A stretch of DNA of 51,220 nt from Candidatus Sulfotelmatobacter sp. (GTDB lineage: Bacteria; Acidobacteriota; Terriglobia; Terriglobales; Acidobacteriaceae). The DNA is taken from NCBI GenBank assembly GCA_049279555.1, contig JBAPOI010000396.1, positions 1 through 51,220 of the forward strand. The letters are read 5' to 3'. Below, piece by piece: positions 34,387 to 43,812 of the stretch (positions within the stretch are counted from its first letter, which is position 1; the number at the start of each line of letters is the position of its first letter). The translations under genes and the position numbers were made by a program. The notes under the pieces are model-generated. The model was not told the origin of the DNA. It saw only the letters and a list, made by a program, of their open reading frames with translations, and did not search any database.

Positions 34387-35397
34387 ATGAACGATCTTAG
34401 CAATACTGAGAAGATCGATAAAATACTAGGTGCTCATGATAAGGGCATTTGGGGCGCCGAATACGCCGTTACTACTCTAAAGAAGTTGCTAAGCTCCCTC
34501 GATGAGCCGGGGCGGGAATCGTGCCTAGAATATCTTTTCAAGGTTCTGGTCCACCAAACCCAGCAAAGAGTCGCAGGCGACACCACCTCGGCTGAAAAGC
34601 AACGCCAGCGTATAAATATTCCCTTCAGAGTGCTCGAGCAAGCAGGTCGCGTGAACAAGCTCTTAGGCGAGATCTTCGCTTACTTCGACCCTAGTGATCC
34701 GGCGATAGTCAACAACTGGGCAAACTACGTCTTTCAAGAAATCGGTTCTGCGGTCTACTCATACGCGGGGGACCTTTCGGAGGGTACTCTGAGCACGCTC
34801 AAGGACAATTGTGCTCTCTACTCAGGCTCAGGGCCGATAGGCAGAGGACTAGATCCGGTTCTCGCGTCGAATATATCCATGATAAGCCGCGCTATCGAGA
34901 GTGCCGAGCTCTCACGTTTCGAACAGCAGATTCGTGGCGCTCCGCCGAGTGCAGCTGGATTCGGGGGTACTGACAAGCAGCCAGAAGTCGCGAGGCTGAG
35001 TCCGGCTATTGACGAGGCGATGAGGCAAGCGTCGGAGTATCTCCGCAATGAAGGAGCGTTTGATCCCAAAAAAGCGGCAGACCTAATGAGAACTTCGATC
35101 GACGAGTCACATCGCGAGATTGTGAAAAGGCTTGCCGACCGCACAGGCTCGCCGTACACAGGCGGAGAGAAGGATGGCAAAAGACGCGAGTATCTGCGCA
35201 GTGTGCAATTCATAAGCGAACCTGAAGAGAAATTCTTTAGCGCCATTTACACGCTCCTTTCCGAGGAGGCGAGTCATAAGTTGATCGCTCCGCGTGAGAC
35301 GATCCTAGTTATGGAGCAAACGGTTCGAAGTTATCTTTCCCTACTCGTCCGCCGGCTGTCTAGCTTCACACCGCCAAAACCAGGAGCTAATCGGTAG
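34387..35397 (+). CDS. Orphan hypothetical protein inserted in the aromatic operon, with a possible HEPN-like C-terminal helical domain
   Basis: 336-aa ORF. The stop TAG (35395-35397) is one nt from the tyrA ATG. Hand-counted GC is about 50% over 420 nt, versus 53% and 63% in single 60-nt lines of the two flanking genes. 'RTSIDESH' fits Rx6H, which is weak evidence. Confidence 0.65.
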   Translation: MNDLSNTEKIDKILGAHDKGIWGAEYAVTTLKKLLSSLDEPGRESCLEYLFKVLVHQTQQRVAGDTTSAEKQRQRINIPFRVLEQAGRVNKLLGEIFAYFDPSDPAIVNNWANYVFQEIGSAVYSYAGDLSEGTLSTLKDNCALYSGSGPIGRGLDPVLASNISMISRAIESAELSRFEQQIRGAPPSAAGFGGTDKQPEVARLSPAIDEAMRQASEYLRNEGAFDPKKAADLMRTSIDESHREIVKRLADRTGSPYTGGEKDGKRREYLRSVQFISEPEEKFFSAIYTLLSEEASHKLIAPRETILVMEQTVRSYLSLLVRRLSSFTPPKPGANR

Positions 35398-35398
35398 A

Positions 35399-36265
35399 AT
35401 GCCCATTCGGCAAATCACGATCGTTGGAACGGGGCTGATCGGCGGGTCGTTTGCGCTGGCGCTGCGGAAGAAGAAATTCAAAGGGAGGATTGTTGGTTGC
35501 GACCGCGAGCCTGCGCTGAGGCGGGCGAAAACCGGCGGGGTAATCGACGACGGGTTCGTAAGACCTACCGAGGCGGTGCGTGGCAGCCAATTGGTAATGC
35601 TGGCAACACCGGTTCTGGCTATCGTGGATTTGATTGGACAACTCGGCCCGATACTTCCTGCGGACGCGTTGCTGACGGACGTGGGCAGCACAAAGACGGC
35701 AGTGACGGAGCAGGCGCTGAGCGTGTTCGGAAAGAATGCGGGCAAGCGATTCTTGGGCGGGCATCCCATGGCGGGGAAAGAGAGCAGCGGCGTGGAATTT
35801 GCGGATGCCGATTTGTTTCAAAATGCGGTCTGGTTCTTGACGCCGGTAGCCGGACAAAACTTGCAGAAGGGATTGTTCGCGGAATTCACGGGATGGATCG
35901 ACCAGATTGGAGCGCGAGTTGCGATGCTGCCGCCGGGTGAGCACGACCGGCTTTGCGCCTGGATCAGCCAGGTGCCGCAGATGATTTCGACGGCGCTGGC
36001 GGCGGTGCTGGTCGAGGAGTTCGGAGAGGCCGCGCCGCTGCTTTCGACGGGCGGGCGCGCTTTGCGGGAGATGACACGGATTGCGGCGAGTCCGTATTCG
36101 ATGTGGCGGGATATTGCGATTTCGAACAAGAAAAATCTGGAGGACGCGCTGTTGAAAGTGGAACAGCGGCTGGCTCATATCCGGGAGAATCTGGCGACGC
36201 GGCAACTGGCGGAGGAGTTTGAGCTGGCGCACGGGTTGAAGAAGAGTTCGGGGAAGAAAGGGTAA
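35399..36265 (+). CDS. tyrA: Prephenate dehydrogenase
   Basis: 'ITIVGTGLIGGSFALAL', 'GGHPMAG'. Confidence 0.9.
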   Translation: MPIRQITIVGTGLIGGSFALALRKKKFKGRIVGCDREPALRRAKTGGVIDDGFVRPTEAVRGSQLVMLATPVLAIVDLIGQLGPILPADALLTDVGSTKTAVTEQALSVFGKNAGKRFLGGHPMAGKESSGVEFADADLFQNAVWFLTPVAGQNLQKGLFAEFTGWIDQIGARVAMLPPGEHDRLCAWISQVPQMISTALAAVLVEEFGEAAPLLSTGGRALREMTRIAASPYSMWRDIAISNKKNLEDALLKVEQRLAHIRENLATRQLAEEFELAHGLKKSSGKKG

Positions 36266-36348
36266 TTGTTTATTGCTGATTTCTGATTGTTGATTGAAGA
36301 CATCGCCTATCGATAATCGGAAATCAACCATTTCTCCTGGCCTTTGAA
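36265..36348. repeat. Family C AT-rich inverted-repeat element, copy 2
   Basis: aattgtttattgctgatttctgattgttgattgaag ... aatcggaaatcaacc ... ggcctttgaatttc. Lies directly after the tyrA stop. Confidence 0.6.
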
Positions 36349-36370
36349 TTTCATTTAGAATGCGGACGCT

Positions 36371-37069
36371 ATGAATAAAGTTGTGGCCAATGCCGATGAG
36401 GCGATTCGCGATGTGGACGATGGCGCGATCATTATGATCGGCGGCTTTGGGCTGTGCGGGATTCCGGAGAACCTGATTCGCGCGCTCGTGAAAAAGGGAT
36501 CGAAGAATCTGACGACGATCAGCAATAACGCGGGAGTCGATGGCTTCGGCGCCGGGATGCTGCTTTCGGCGGGACAGATTCGGCGGCACATTGGGACTTA
36601 CGTGGGAGAGAACAAGCTGCTGGAATCGATGGTGCTGGCGGGGAAAGTGGAACTCGATCTGGTACCGCAGGGAACGTTTGCGGAACGGATTCGCGCGGCG
36701 GGTGCGGGGATTCCGGCGTTTTTTACTCCTACGGGTGTTGGCACGATTGTTGCGGAAAGCAAAGAAACGCGCGAGTTCGATGGGCGGCCTTATGTGATGG
36801 AGCGCGCGCTGAAGGCGGACTTCGCATTTGTGAAGGCGTGGAAGGGTGACCGGATGGGGAATCTGGTTTACCGGAAGACGGCGCGGAATTTTAATCCGAT
36901 CATGGCGACGGCGGCGAAGGTGACGATTGCAGAAGTAGAGCATCTGGTGGAGGCGGGGGAGCTCGACGGGGACCTGGTACATACGCCGTCGGTCTATGTA
37001 AAGAGGATTTTTCAGGGGGAGATGTATGAGCGGAGGATTGAGAAGCGGACGGTGAGGAAGGCGAGTTGA
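36371..37069 (+). CDS. scoA: 3-oxoacid CoA-transferase subunit A
   Basis: 'GAIIMIGGFGLCGIPENLI', 'ELDLVPQGTFAERIRAAGAGIPAFFTPTG'. Confidence 0.9.
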   Translation: MNKVVANADEAIRDVDDGAIIMIGGFGLCGIPENLIRALVKKGSKNLTTISNNAGVDGFGAGMLLSAGQIRRHIGTYVGENKLLESMVLAGKVELDLVPQGTFAERIRAAGAGIPAFFTPTGVGTIVAESKETREFDGRPYVMERALKADFAFVKAWKGDRMGNLVYRKTARNFNPIMATAAKVTIAEVEHLVEAGELDGDLVHTPSVYVKRIFQGEMYERRIEKRTVRKAS

Positions 37070-37140
37070 ACGCGTAGGCTGCTGGGAGAGAACTCCCCGA
37101 AGAGGCGATGTTGAAAAGGCGATGTTAGGTTGAGGTGCTA

Positions 37141-37203
37141 GGGATCCTTCAACTGCGGTTTTGCTTTGCTGTCGCGAAGCAAAATCCTCGCTCAGGATGA
37201 CAA
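37141..37203 (+). repeat. REP-like element (family A) in the scoA-scoB spacer
   Basis: GGGATCCTTCaACTGCGGTTTTGCTTtGCtgtcGCGAAGCAAAATCCTCGCTCAGGATGACAA. Confidence 0.8.
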
Positions 37204-37214
37204 AGGCTATTTCC

Positions 37215-37904
<690 letters not shown>

Positions 37905-37905
37905 T

Positions 37906-38409
37906 GTGCTGGTTTCAGCGGAACTCGTTCGAATGCATTGCGATTACTCGATGTGGGCTTCAAGGCGACTGCTCGATGCGGCAGCGCAGCTTACTTCGGA
38001 AGAACTGACGCGTGACTTCGGAACGGCGGACAAGAGCGTACACGGGACGCTGGTTCATATCTTCGGCGCGGATCGCATTTGGCTTGCCCGTGTAGAGGGA
38101 AGACAGCTCGATGCTTTGGTAAAGCCTGCAGACTACGATCTAGCCAAGTTGACTCGCGAGTGGACGAGTTTGGGGGATCGGTGGAAAGAGTGGGCCGCAT
38201 CGCTGACCGACGATTCGTTGAACGAGTGGCGCGATTACAAAGACATGAAGGGAAATTCACATCGAACGCCGCTTTGGCAGATCGGGTTGCATGTGGTGAA
38301 TCATGCCACGCATCATCGCGGGCAGGTGTCTGGATTTCTGCGATCTCTTGGGAAGACGCCTCCTCCGCTCGACCTGATCTATTACTACCGGACGAAATCT
38401 GCTGCTTGA
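37906..38409 (+). CDS. DinB-family protein
   Basis: 'YSMWASRRLLDAA...HGTLVHIFGADRIWL...HVVNHATHHRGQVSGFLR'. GTG is 1 nt after the scoB stop. Confidence 0.8.
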   Translation: MLVSAELVRMHCDYSMWASRRLLDAAAQLTSEELTRDFGTADKSVHGTLVHIFGADRIWLARVEGRQLDALVKPADYDLAKLTREWTSLGDRWKEWAASLTDDSLNEWRDYKDMKGNSHRTPLWQIGLHVVNHATHHRGQVSGFLRSLGKTPPPLDLIYYYRTKSAA

Positions 38410-38416
38410 ATGACGT

Positions 38417-38641
38417 TTAAATCCGGAACGGTGCGGCTAACAGCCTGAAGGGGAGGGTGATGGCGAGGTAGATGAGTTCCAGCACTCCATGGACGGCCAC
38501 GCCTATGATGCGGAACGGCAGCAACAATAGCCAGATGAATGGGTAGGCGATCAGCGCTAGTAACGCTAGCGGCCAGCAGATTACGAAGAGGATGCACCAG
38601 AGGAAGAACGTGAACATGGAGAGACCTCTTTTTCTTTCCAT
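38417..38641 (-). CDS. Small hydrophobic membrane protein
   Basis: 74 aa with two predicted TM helices ('FTFFLWCILFVICWPLALLALIAYPFIWLLLLPF'). No family assigned. Confidence 0.45.
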   Translation of the reverse strand: MERKRGLSMFTFFLWCILFVICWPLALLALIAYPFIWLLLLPFRIIGVAVHGVLELIYLAITLPFRLLAAPFRI

Positions 38642-38718
38642 TTGATTGTACGGCGAGGCAGCGGAGAAAGTTCCGTGGAAGAACGCCTTCCGAGGGCGAC
38701 GGTTGCGCAGACCTGATA

Positions 38719-38769
38719 GGGATTCTTCGACTTGTGCTCGCTATCGCTCGCCCTTCGCTCAGAATGACA
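38719..38769 (+). repeat. REP-like element (family A), shorter copy
   Basis: GGGATTCTTCGACTtGtgctcgctatcgctcgCCCTTCGCTCAGAATGACA. Confidence 0.7.
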
Positions 38770-38786
38770 GAGCTTGAGGGAGCAGC

Positions 38787-40112
38787 TTATTCGTAGCGCA
38801 GGGCTTCTGCGGGCAGGGTTCGACCGGCGGACCATGAGGGATAGAGTGTCGCTACGAATGAGACTCCGATCGCTACCAGGGCTACCAGGGCGCCGTCGAT
38901 CAGGCGGGGAGCGAAGGGGACGTAGTCGATGGAATAGACTTCCGGCGACAGAGAGATCATGTGGTAGTGGCCGCCGGCGTACGAGATGGCATAGCCGAGG
39001 AGCAGGCCGATGGCGGTGCCGATGACGCCGATCAGAACTCCTTGAGCGATGAAGACGTTGCGCACTTGCGACTTGCGCGTACCCATCGACATGAGCACGG
39101 CGATGTCTTTGGTTTTTTCCATGACCATCATGATCAGCGAAATCAAAATATTCAGGGCGGCGACGAAGACAATCAGACCGATGGTGATGAACGTGACCAG
39201 TCGCTCCAGACGCAGGGCATGAAACAGAGCTTTGTTTTGCTCCATCCAGTTGGTAGTCATGAAGCCTTTGCCGGCCGCATCTTCCAGTTCACGCGAAACT
39301 TCGTCGGCCTTGTAGATATCGTCGACCTTGAACTCGATAACCGAGATCAGATCGCCGAGTCCGAAGAGGCGCTGCGCGTCGGATAGCCGCGTGAAGGCCC
39401 ACGACGAGTCGTAATCGAAAAAGCCTGAGTTGAAGACTCCTACGACGCGGAAGCGGCTGTATTTGGGCACCATGCCGAAGGGGGTAAGTTCGCCCTGCGG
39501 GCTGGTTACTAGCACTACGGAACCGACCGTCGCGCCCAAATTGTCAGCCATGTCTTTGCCCATAATGATGGGAGGCATGGCTGCCACACGCGCCTGTACG
39601 CCGGCAAGGGAATCGGCGGAGTCGGTCGTTGGCGCTCCCTGAACAGGCGAGGCGACCGACTCCACGTGATCTTTTCCCGGCTCGTTCTCTTCGAGCGCGG
39701 AAGCCGAGCCTTCTTTCACGCTGTTGAGCAGATCGCCCACCTTGCGTTCATAGAACGGAATCATTCCCTTGAGGACCGCTCCCCGGGCGCGTGGTCCCCG
39801 CGAGATAAGAACTTGCTCGAAAATTGCCGGGGCTGCAGCAATGACATGGGGCTGCTTGGAAAGGCGATCGAAGAGCGGCGGCCAGTCCTTGATGCCATCG
39901 TCGGCGATGCGCAAAAGGCTGACGTGCGAAGTCGAGCCGATGAGGCGCTCCTGCAAGTCCTGACGAAAACCGTTGTTGATAGCGAGCGCTACGATAAGGG
40001 AGGCAACGCCTGCCGCGACTCCCACGATCGAGATGCCGGTAATAATGCCAATGAAGGCTTGGCGCCTTTTCGCGCGAAGATAACGGGTTGCAATGAAAAG
40101 TTCGAAGCGCAT
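38787..40112 (-). CDS. LolC/LolE-type ABC transporter permease (FtsX/MacB family)
   Basis: 'FELFIATRYLRAKRRQAFIGIITGISIVGVAAGV', a periplasmic domain, and a C-terminal FtsX-like 4-TM bundle. Met at 40112 is chosen because the upstream extension lies in a repeat. Confidence 0.85.
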   Translation of the reverse strand: MRFELFIATRYLRAKRRQAFIGIITGISIVGVAAGVASLIVALAINNGFRQDLQERLIGSTSHVSLLRIADDGIKDWPPLFDRLSKQPHVIAAAPAIFEQVLISRGPRARGAVLKGMIPFYERKVGDLLNSVKEGSASALEENEPGKDHVESVASPVQGAPTTDSADSLAGVQARVAAMPPIIMGKDMADNLGATVGSVVLVTSPQGELTPFGMVPKYSRFRVVGVFNSGFFDYDSSWAFTRLSDAQRLFGLGDLISVIEFKVDDIYKADEVSRELEDAAGKGFMTTNWMEQNKALFHALRLERLVTFITIGLIVFVAALNILISLIMMVMEKTKDIAVLMSMGTRKSQVRNVFIAQGVLIGVIGTAIGLLLGYAISYAGGHYHMISLSPEVYSIDYVPFAPRLIDGALVALVAIGVSFVATLYPSWSAGRTLPAEALRYE

Positions 40113-40120
40113 GCAAGCTT

Positions 40121-40155
40121 TCAGCCCTTCGCCTGTAGGCTCAGGGCAGGCTGGG
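40121..40155. repeat. Fragment related to the 'CCCTTCG..AGGCTCAGGGCAGGCT' sub-motif
   Basis: CAGCCCTTCGCCTGTAGGCTCAGGGCAGGCTGGG. Compare 14958-14986 and 14841-14856. Confidence 0.35.
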
Positions 40156-40353
40156 GGCAGCTGCGAGCTTTCAGCCAAGTCGGATTATAACGAGCGGTTC
40201 TGGGACGTGCGGGATCCAGGGAATAAAAACTTCCGATGCGGACCGGATTTGAGGATCTCGCGCTCGCCCATGCACGCGCGATCGCGTTCTGTGGCACATT
40301 AGAGGATCGTATTATTGATCGTATTAATTCAAGATCAGTTTACTCGACCTCAA

Positions 40354-41655
40354 ATGGCCGCCGCTTCCGACTCCAAGGCTGGACTCATTGCATTTACGCA
40401 TCCGGATTTTGTGCTGTTTCAGACCGCACGATTCCTGATAGTTGCCGCCATCGAGATGCAGGCGGTCGCGGTGGGATGGCAGGTTTACGAGATTACCAAG
40501 CGCGCCCTCGATCTGGGACTGGTTGGGCTGGCGCAGTTTCTTCCTGGGATTTTGTTGTTTCTGGCTTCTGGGCACGCCTCCGACCGCTTCGAGCGGCGCA
40601 AGGTGCTGGCTACCTGCTATGCGGGTTTTGCGGTGTGCTCGGCACTGTTGCTTGTGATTGCGGAGCGCGGGACACATTCGGTCAAACCGATTTATGTTGT
40701 TCTGGTCATGCTTGGCGTGGTGCGATCATTCAACGGGACCGCAAGCCGATCGATTCTGCCGCAACTCGTTCCGGAGGAACACTTCCATAACGCTGTTACC
40801 TGGAATGCCACAACCTTTCAAGCCGCGGTGATTATTGGACCATCGCTGGGCGGAATTCTGTATGCGCTGGCGCACGGTCCCAAGGCTGTTTATGCACTCG
40901 CCATGCTGACTGCTTTGGGCGCGCTGGTCTCGGCGTTCCGTATCAAGGCGCAGGAGCAAGCGCGACGCCGCGAACCGCTGACTGGAAAAACGGTGCTGGC
41001 CGGCTTGCATTTTATTTGGCGCGAGAAGCTCATCCTAGGAGCGATCTCGCTCGATCTGTTTGCGGTGCTGCTGGGCGGAGCCGTCGCTCTTTTGCCCGTG
41101 TATGCGCGGGAGATTCTGCACACTGGACCGTGGGGACTTGGGCTGCTGCGAACGGCTCCGGGAGTAGGCGCGGCTGTGACGGCTGTGGCTTTGGCTCATC
41201 GTCCATTACGCGGGCGGGCGGGTCCGACGCTCTTGTGGTCGGTGGCTGGATTCGGAGTTTTCACGATTATCTTTGGAGTCTCACGCAGTCTGACGCTGTC
41301 ACTGGCGGCGCTAATTTTGCTCGGCGCATGCGACATGGTCAGCGTAATCATTCGCGCGATGCTGGTGCAGTTTGGCACACCGGACGTGATGCGGGGACGA
41401 GTGATGGCCGTCGATATGGTTTTTATCGGCACGTCGAATGAACTTGGCCAGTTCGAATCCGGCCTGACCGCGCAGTGGTTTGGTACGGTTCCGGCCGTGG
41501 TGCTCGGGGGCATAGGAACGCTTTTGGTGATCGGTTTATGGGCGTGGGTGTTCCCGCAGTTGCGGCAGGCGGGTGAACTCAGTAGGATGAAAAACAGAAC
41601 GAGCGACGATGCGTTGGAGGCGGAAGAGAATATCTTAGAGTCCGGCAAAACCTGA
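40354..41655 (+). CDS. MFS transporter (EntS/MFS_3-like)
   Basis: About 12 predicted TM helices. 'GHASDRFERRKV' resembles the loop 2-3 motif. Met at 40354 chosen. Confidence 0.85.
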   Translation: MAAASDSKAGLIAFTHPDFVLFQTARFLIVAAIEMQAVAVGWQVYEITKRALDLGLVGLAQFLPGILLFLASGHASDRFERRKVLATCYAGFAVCSALLLVIAERGTHSVKPIYVVLVMLGVVRSFNGTASRSILPQLVPEEHFHNAVTWNATTFQAAVIIGPSLGGILYALAHGPKAVYALAMLTALGALVSAFRIKAQEQARRREPLTGKTVLAGLHFIWREKLILGAISLDLFAVLLGGAVALLPVYAREILHTGPWGLGLLRTAPGVGAAVTAVALAHRPLRGRAGPTLLWSVAGFGVFTIIFGVSRSLTLSLAALILLGACDMVSVIIRAMLVQFGTPDVMRGRVMAVDMVFIGTSNELGQFESGLTAQWFGTVPAVVLGGIGTLLVIGLWAWVFPQLRQAGELSRMKNRTSDDALEAEENILESGKT

Positions 41656-41725
41656 GCTGCGGTTCTGCGGACTCCGAACGCGAACCTTGTCTCTAGAAAT
41701 CTGATACTTAATATCGAGGACGCAT

Positions 41726-43075
41726 TCACCGCCCCTTCGATTTTTGCTTTACTCTGGCTGGCTTGGGCGAAGGATGACCTTTCTTGCCGAAGACGCGCGC
41801 GAAAATCTTATCCACATTCTTTAGCTGCCGCTGCAAATCGAAGGCGTATTCGATTTGTTTGCGGGGAACTTTTCCGGTGATTTGCTTATCGGCGAGAACC
41901 AGCTTGTGGAAGTCGAGATTCTCTTTCCAGGCGCGCATCGCGTGGCCCTGCACCAGTCGATAGGCGTCTTCGCGCGAAACGCCGTGCTCGACGAGGTCGA
42001 GCAGAAGTTGCCCGCTGAAAATCAGCCCGTGCGTGCTCTCAAGATTCGTGAGCATGCGTTCGGGATAGACGAACATGGTCTCGATCAAATTCGTAGTTTT
42101 ATTCAGGAGGTAATCGATGAGCGTGGTCGAGTCCGGCAAAATGACGCGCTCCGCGGAAGAATGCGATATGTCGCGTTCGTGCCACAGGGCGACATTTTCG
42201 AATCCTGCCTGCGCGTTGCCGCGTACCACGCGCGCCAGGCCGCTGATTTGCTCAGAGGTCACGGGATTGCGCTTGTGCGGCATGGCAGAGGAGCCCTTCT
42301 GCTTTTCGCTGAAAAACTCCTCGGCCTCACGGACTTCGGTTCGCTGCAGGTGACGGATTTCAGTTGCGATCTTGTCGAGGGTCGAGGCAATCACGGCGAG
42401 GGTCGCCAGATAAGTTGCATGCCGGTCGCGCTGGATGACCTGCGATGAAACTGCTGCCGCCTTCAGGCCCAGGCTCGCGCAAATCTTCTCTTCGATCTCT
42501 GGCGTGAGATGGGCGAAGATTCCCACCGCTCCGGAAAATTTCCCCACGCGCATGTCTTCGGCAGCAGAGCGAAAGCGTGCGATGTTGCGCTGCGTTTCAG
42601 AGAACCAATTGGCCAGTTTGAATCCGAAGGTAATGGGCTCGGCGTGGATGCCGTGAGTGCGGCCCACCATCGGCGTGTCCTTGAATTCCCAGGCGCGGCG
42701 TTCCAGCACGTCGGCCAACCGCTTAAGATCCTTTGCGATGAGAGCCGAAGCCTGCTTAATCAGTAGCGCCTGCGCGGTGTCAACAACATCATTCGAGGTA
42801 AGGCCGTAATGAAACCAGCGGGCATGCGGGCCAACGATCTCTGCCACTGCGGTGGTAAAAGCGATCACATCGTGGCGTACCTCGGCTTCGATCTCGTGGA
42901 TGCGCTCCACGCGGAAATCGGCGCGCTCACGGATGGCGTGCGCTGCTTCCTTTGGGACCATGCCAGCTTCGGCCAAGGTTTCGCTGGCGGCGACCTCCAC
43001 GGCCAGCCATGTGCGGAAGCGGTTTTCGTCGCTCCAGATGTGGCCCATCTCAGGGCGGGTGTAACGGGGAATCAA
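41726..43075 (-). CDS. purB: Adenylosuccinate lyase
   Basis: 'MIPRYTRPEMGHIWSDENRF' and the 'GSSAMPHKRNP' signature. Confidence 0.95.
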   Translation of the reverse strand: MIPRYTRPEMGHIWSDENRFRTWLAVEVAASETLAEAGMVPKEAAHAIRERADFRVERIHEIEAEVRHDVIAFTTAVAEIVGPHARWFHYGLTSNDVVDTAQALLIKQASALIAKDLKRLADVLERRAWEFKDTPMVGRTHGIHAEPITFGFKLANWFSETQRNIARFRSAAEDMRVGKFSGAVGIFAHLTPEIEEKICASLGLKAAAVSSQVIQRDRHATYLATLAVIASTLDKIATEIRHLQRTEVREAEEFFSEKQKGSSAMPHKRNPVTSEQISGLARVVRGNAQAGFENVALWHERDISHSSAERVILPDSTTLIDYLLNKTTNLIETMFVYPERMLTNLESTHGLIFSGQLLLDLVEHGVSREDAYRLVQGHAMRAWKENLDFHKLVLADKQITGKVPRKQIEYAFDLQRQLKNVDKIFARVFGKKGHPSPKPARVKQKSKGR

Positions 43076-43156
43076 AGTCGATTCGCTCCTGTCGATTGCG
43101 GCGATAGTGGACAGAGGATTCTAACTGGAGAGCGGAAAAGAGGCCAGCGCGGAGTG

Positions 43157-43246
43157 CAATTGCTGATTGTCCATTGCTGATTAGGGCCGAAGCGCTTCGG
43201 CGCTTTAATCGGCAATTAGCAACTAGCCGTTAGCAATCAACAATCG
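43157..43246. repeat. Family C AT-rich inverted-repeat element, copy 3, with a central perfect palindrome
   Basis: caattgctgattgtccattgctgattag GGCCGAAGCGCTTCGGCgc tttaatcggcaattagcaactagccgttagcaatcaacaatcg. GCCGAAGCGCTTCGGC is a 16-bp palindrome. Confidence 0.65.
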
Positions 43247-43335
43247 ATTCTCGGCCGACCTTCTGGTATTATATCGTAAAACGATATAGTTCATCGCGAT
43301 TCGATGCTGGATCGCAGCACGATACAATCGGCGGC

Positions 43336-43812
43336 ATGAAGAAGCTCACCCTATCGGACTACCAGGCGCTGGCGGAATTTCGCTATCAGATTCGCCGCTT
43401 CCTTCATTTCAGTGAGCAAGTCGTGAAGCAGGCAGGGCTGGAGCGTGGGCAGTATCAGCTCATGCTGGCGATCAAGGGCATGCCGGCGGGAGTGCGGCCT
43501 CGAATTCGCGAGTTAGCCAGCCGCATGCAAATCCGCCACCACAGTACCGTGGAACTGGTGAACCGCCTGGAAGCAGGCGGATTTGTGCATCGCACACGCG
43601 CGCAGGACGACCGCCGAGAGGTGCTGCTCGCCCTCACTGCAAAAGGAGAGAGGGTCCTCGGCGAACTGGCGCTTCATCATCACGAGGAGCTGCGATCTAC
43701 CGGACCTGAGCTAGTAGCTGCTCTTCAGCGCATCATGCGCGAGGGTAACGAAACTCCTGCAACGCAGTCGACCCTTCCCCGCGAAAAACGAAGGGCAGTA
43801 AAACATCCATGA
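43336..43812 (+). CDS. MarR-family transcriptional regulator
   Basis: 'QYQLMLAIKG...IRELASRMQIRHHSTVELVNRLEAGGFVHRTRAQDDRREVLLALTAKG'. Confidence 0.85.
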   Translation: MKKLTLSDYQALAEFRYQIRRFLHFSEQVVKQAGLERGQYQLMLAIKGMPAGVRPRIRELASRMQIRHHSTVELVNRLEAGGFVHRTRAQDDRREVLLALTAKGERVLGELALHHHEELRSTGPELVAALQRIMREGNETPATQSTLPREKRRAVKHP

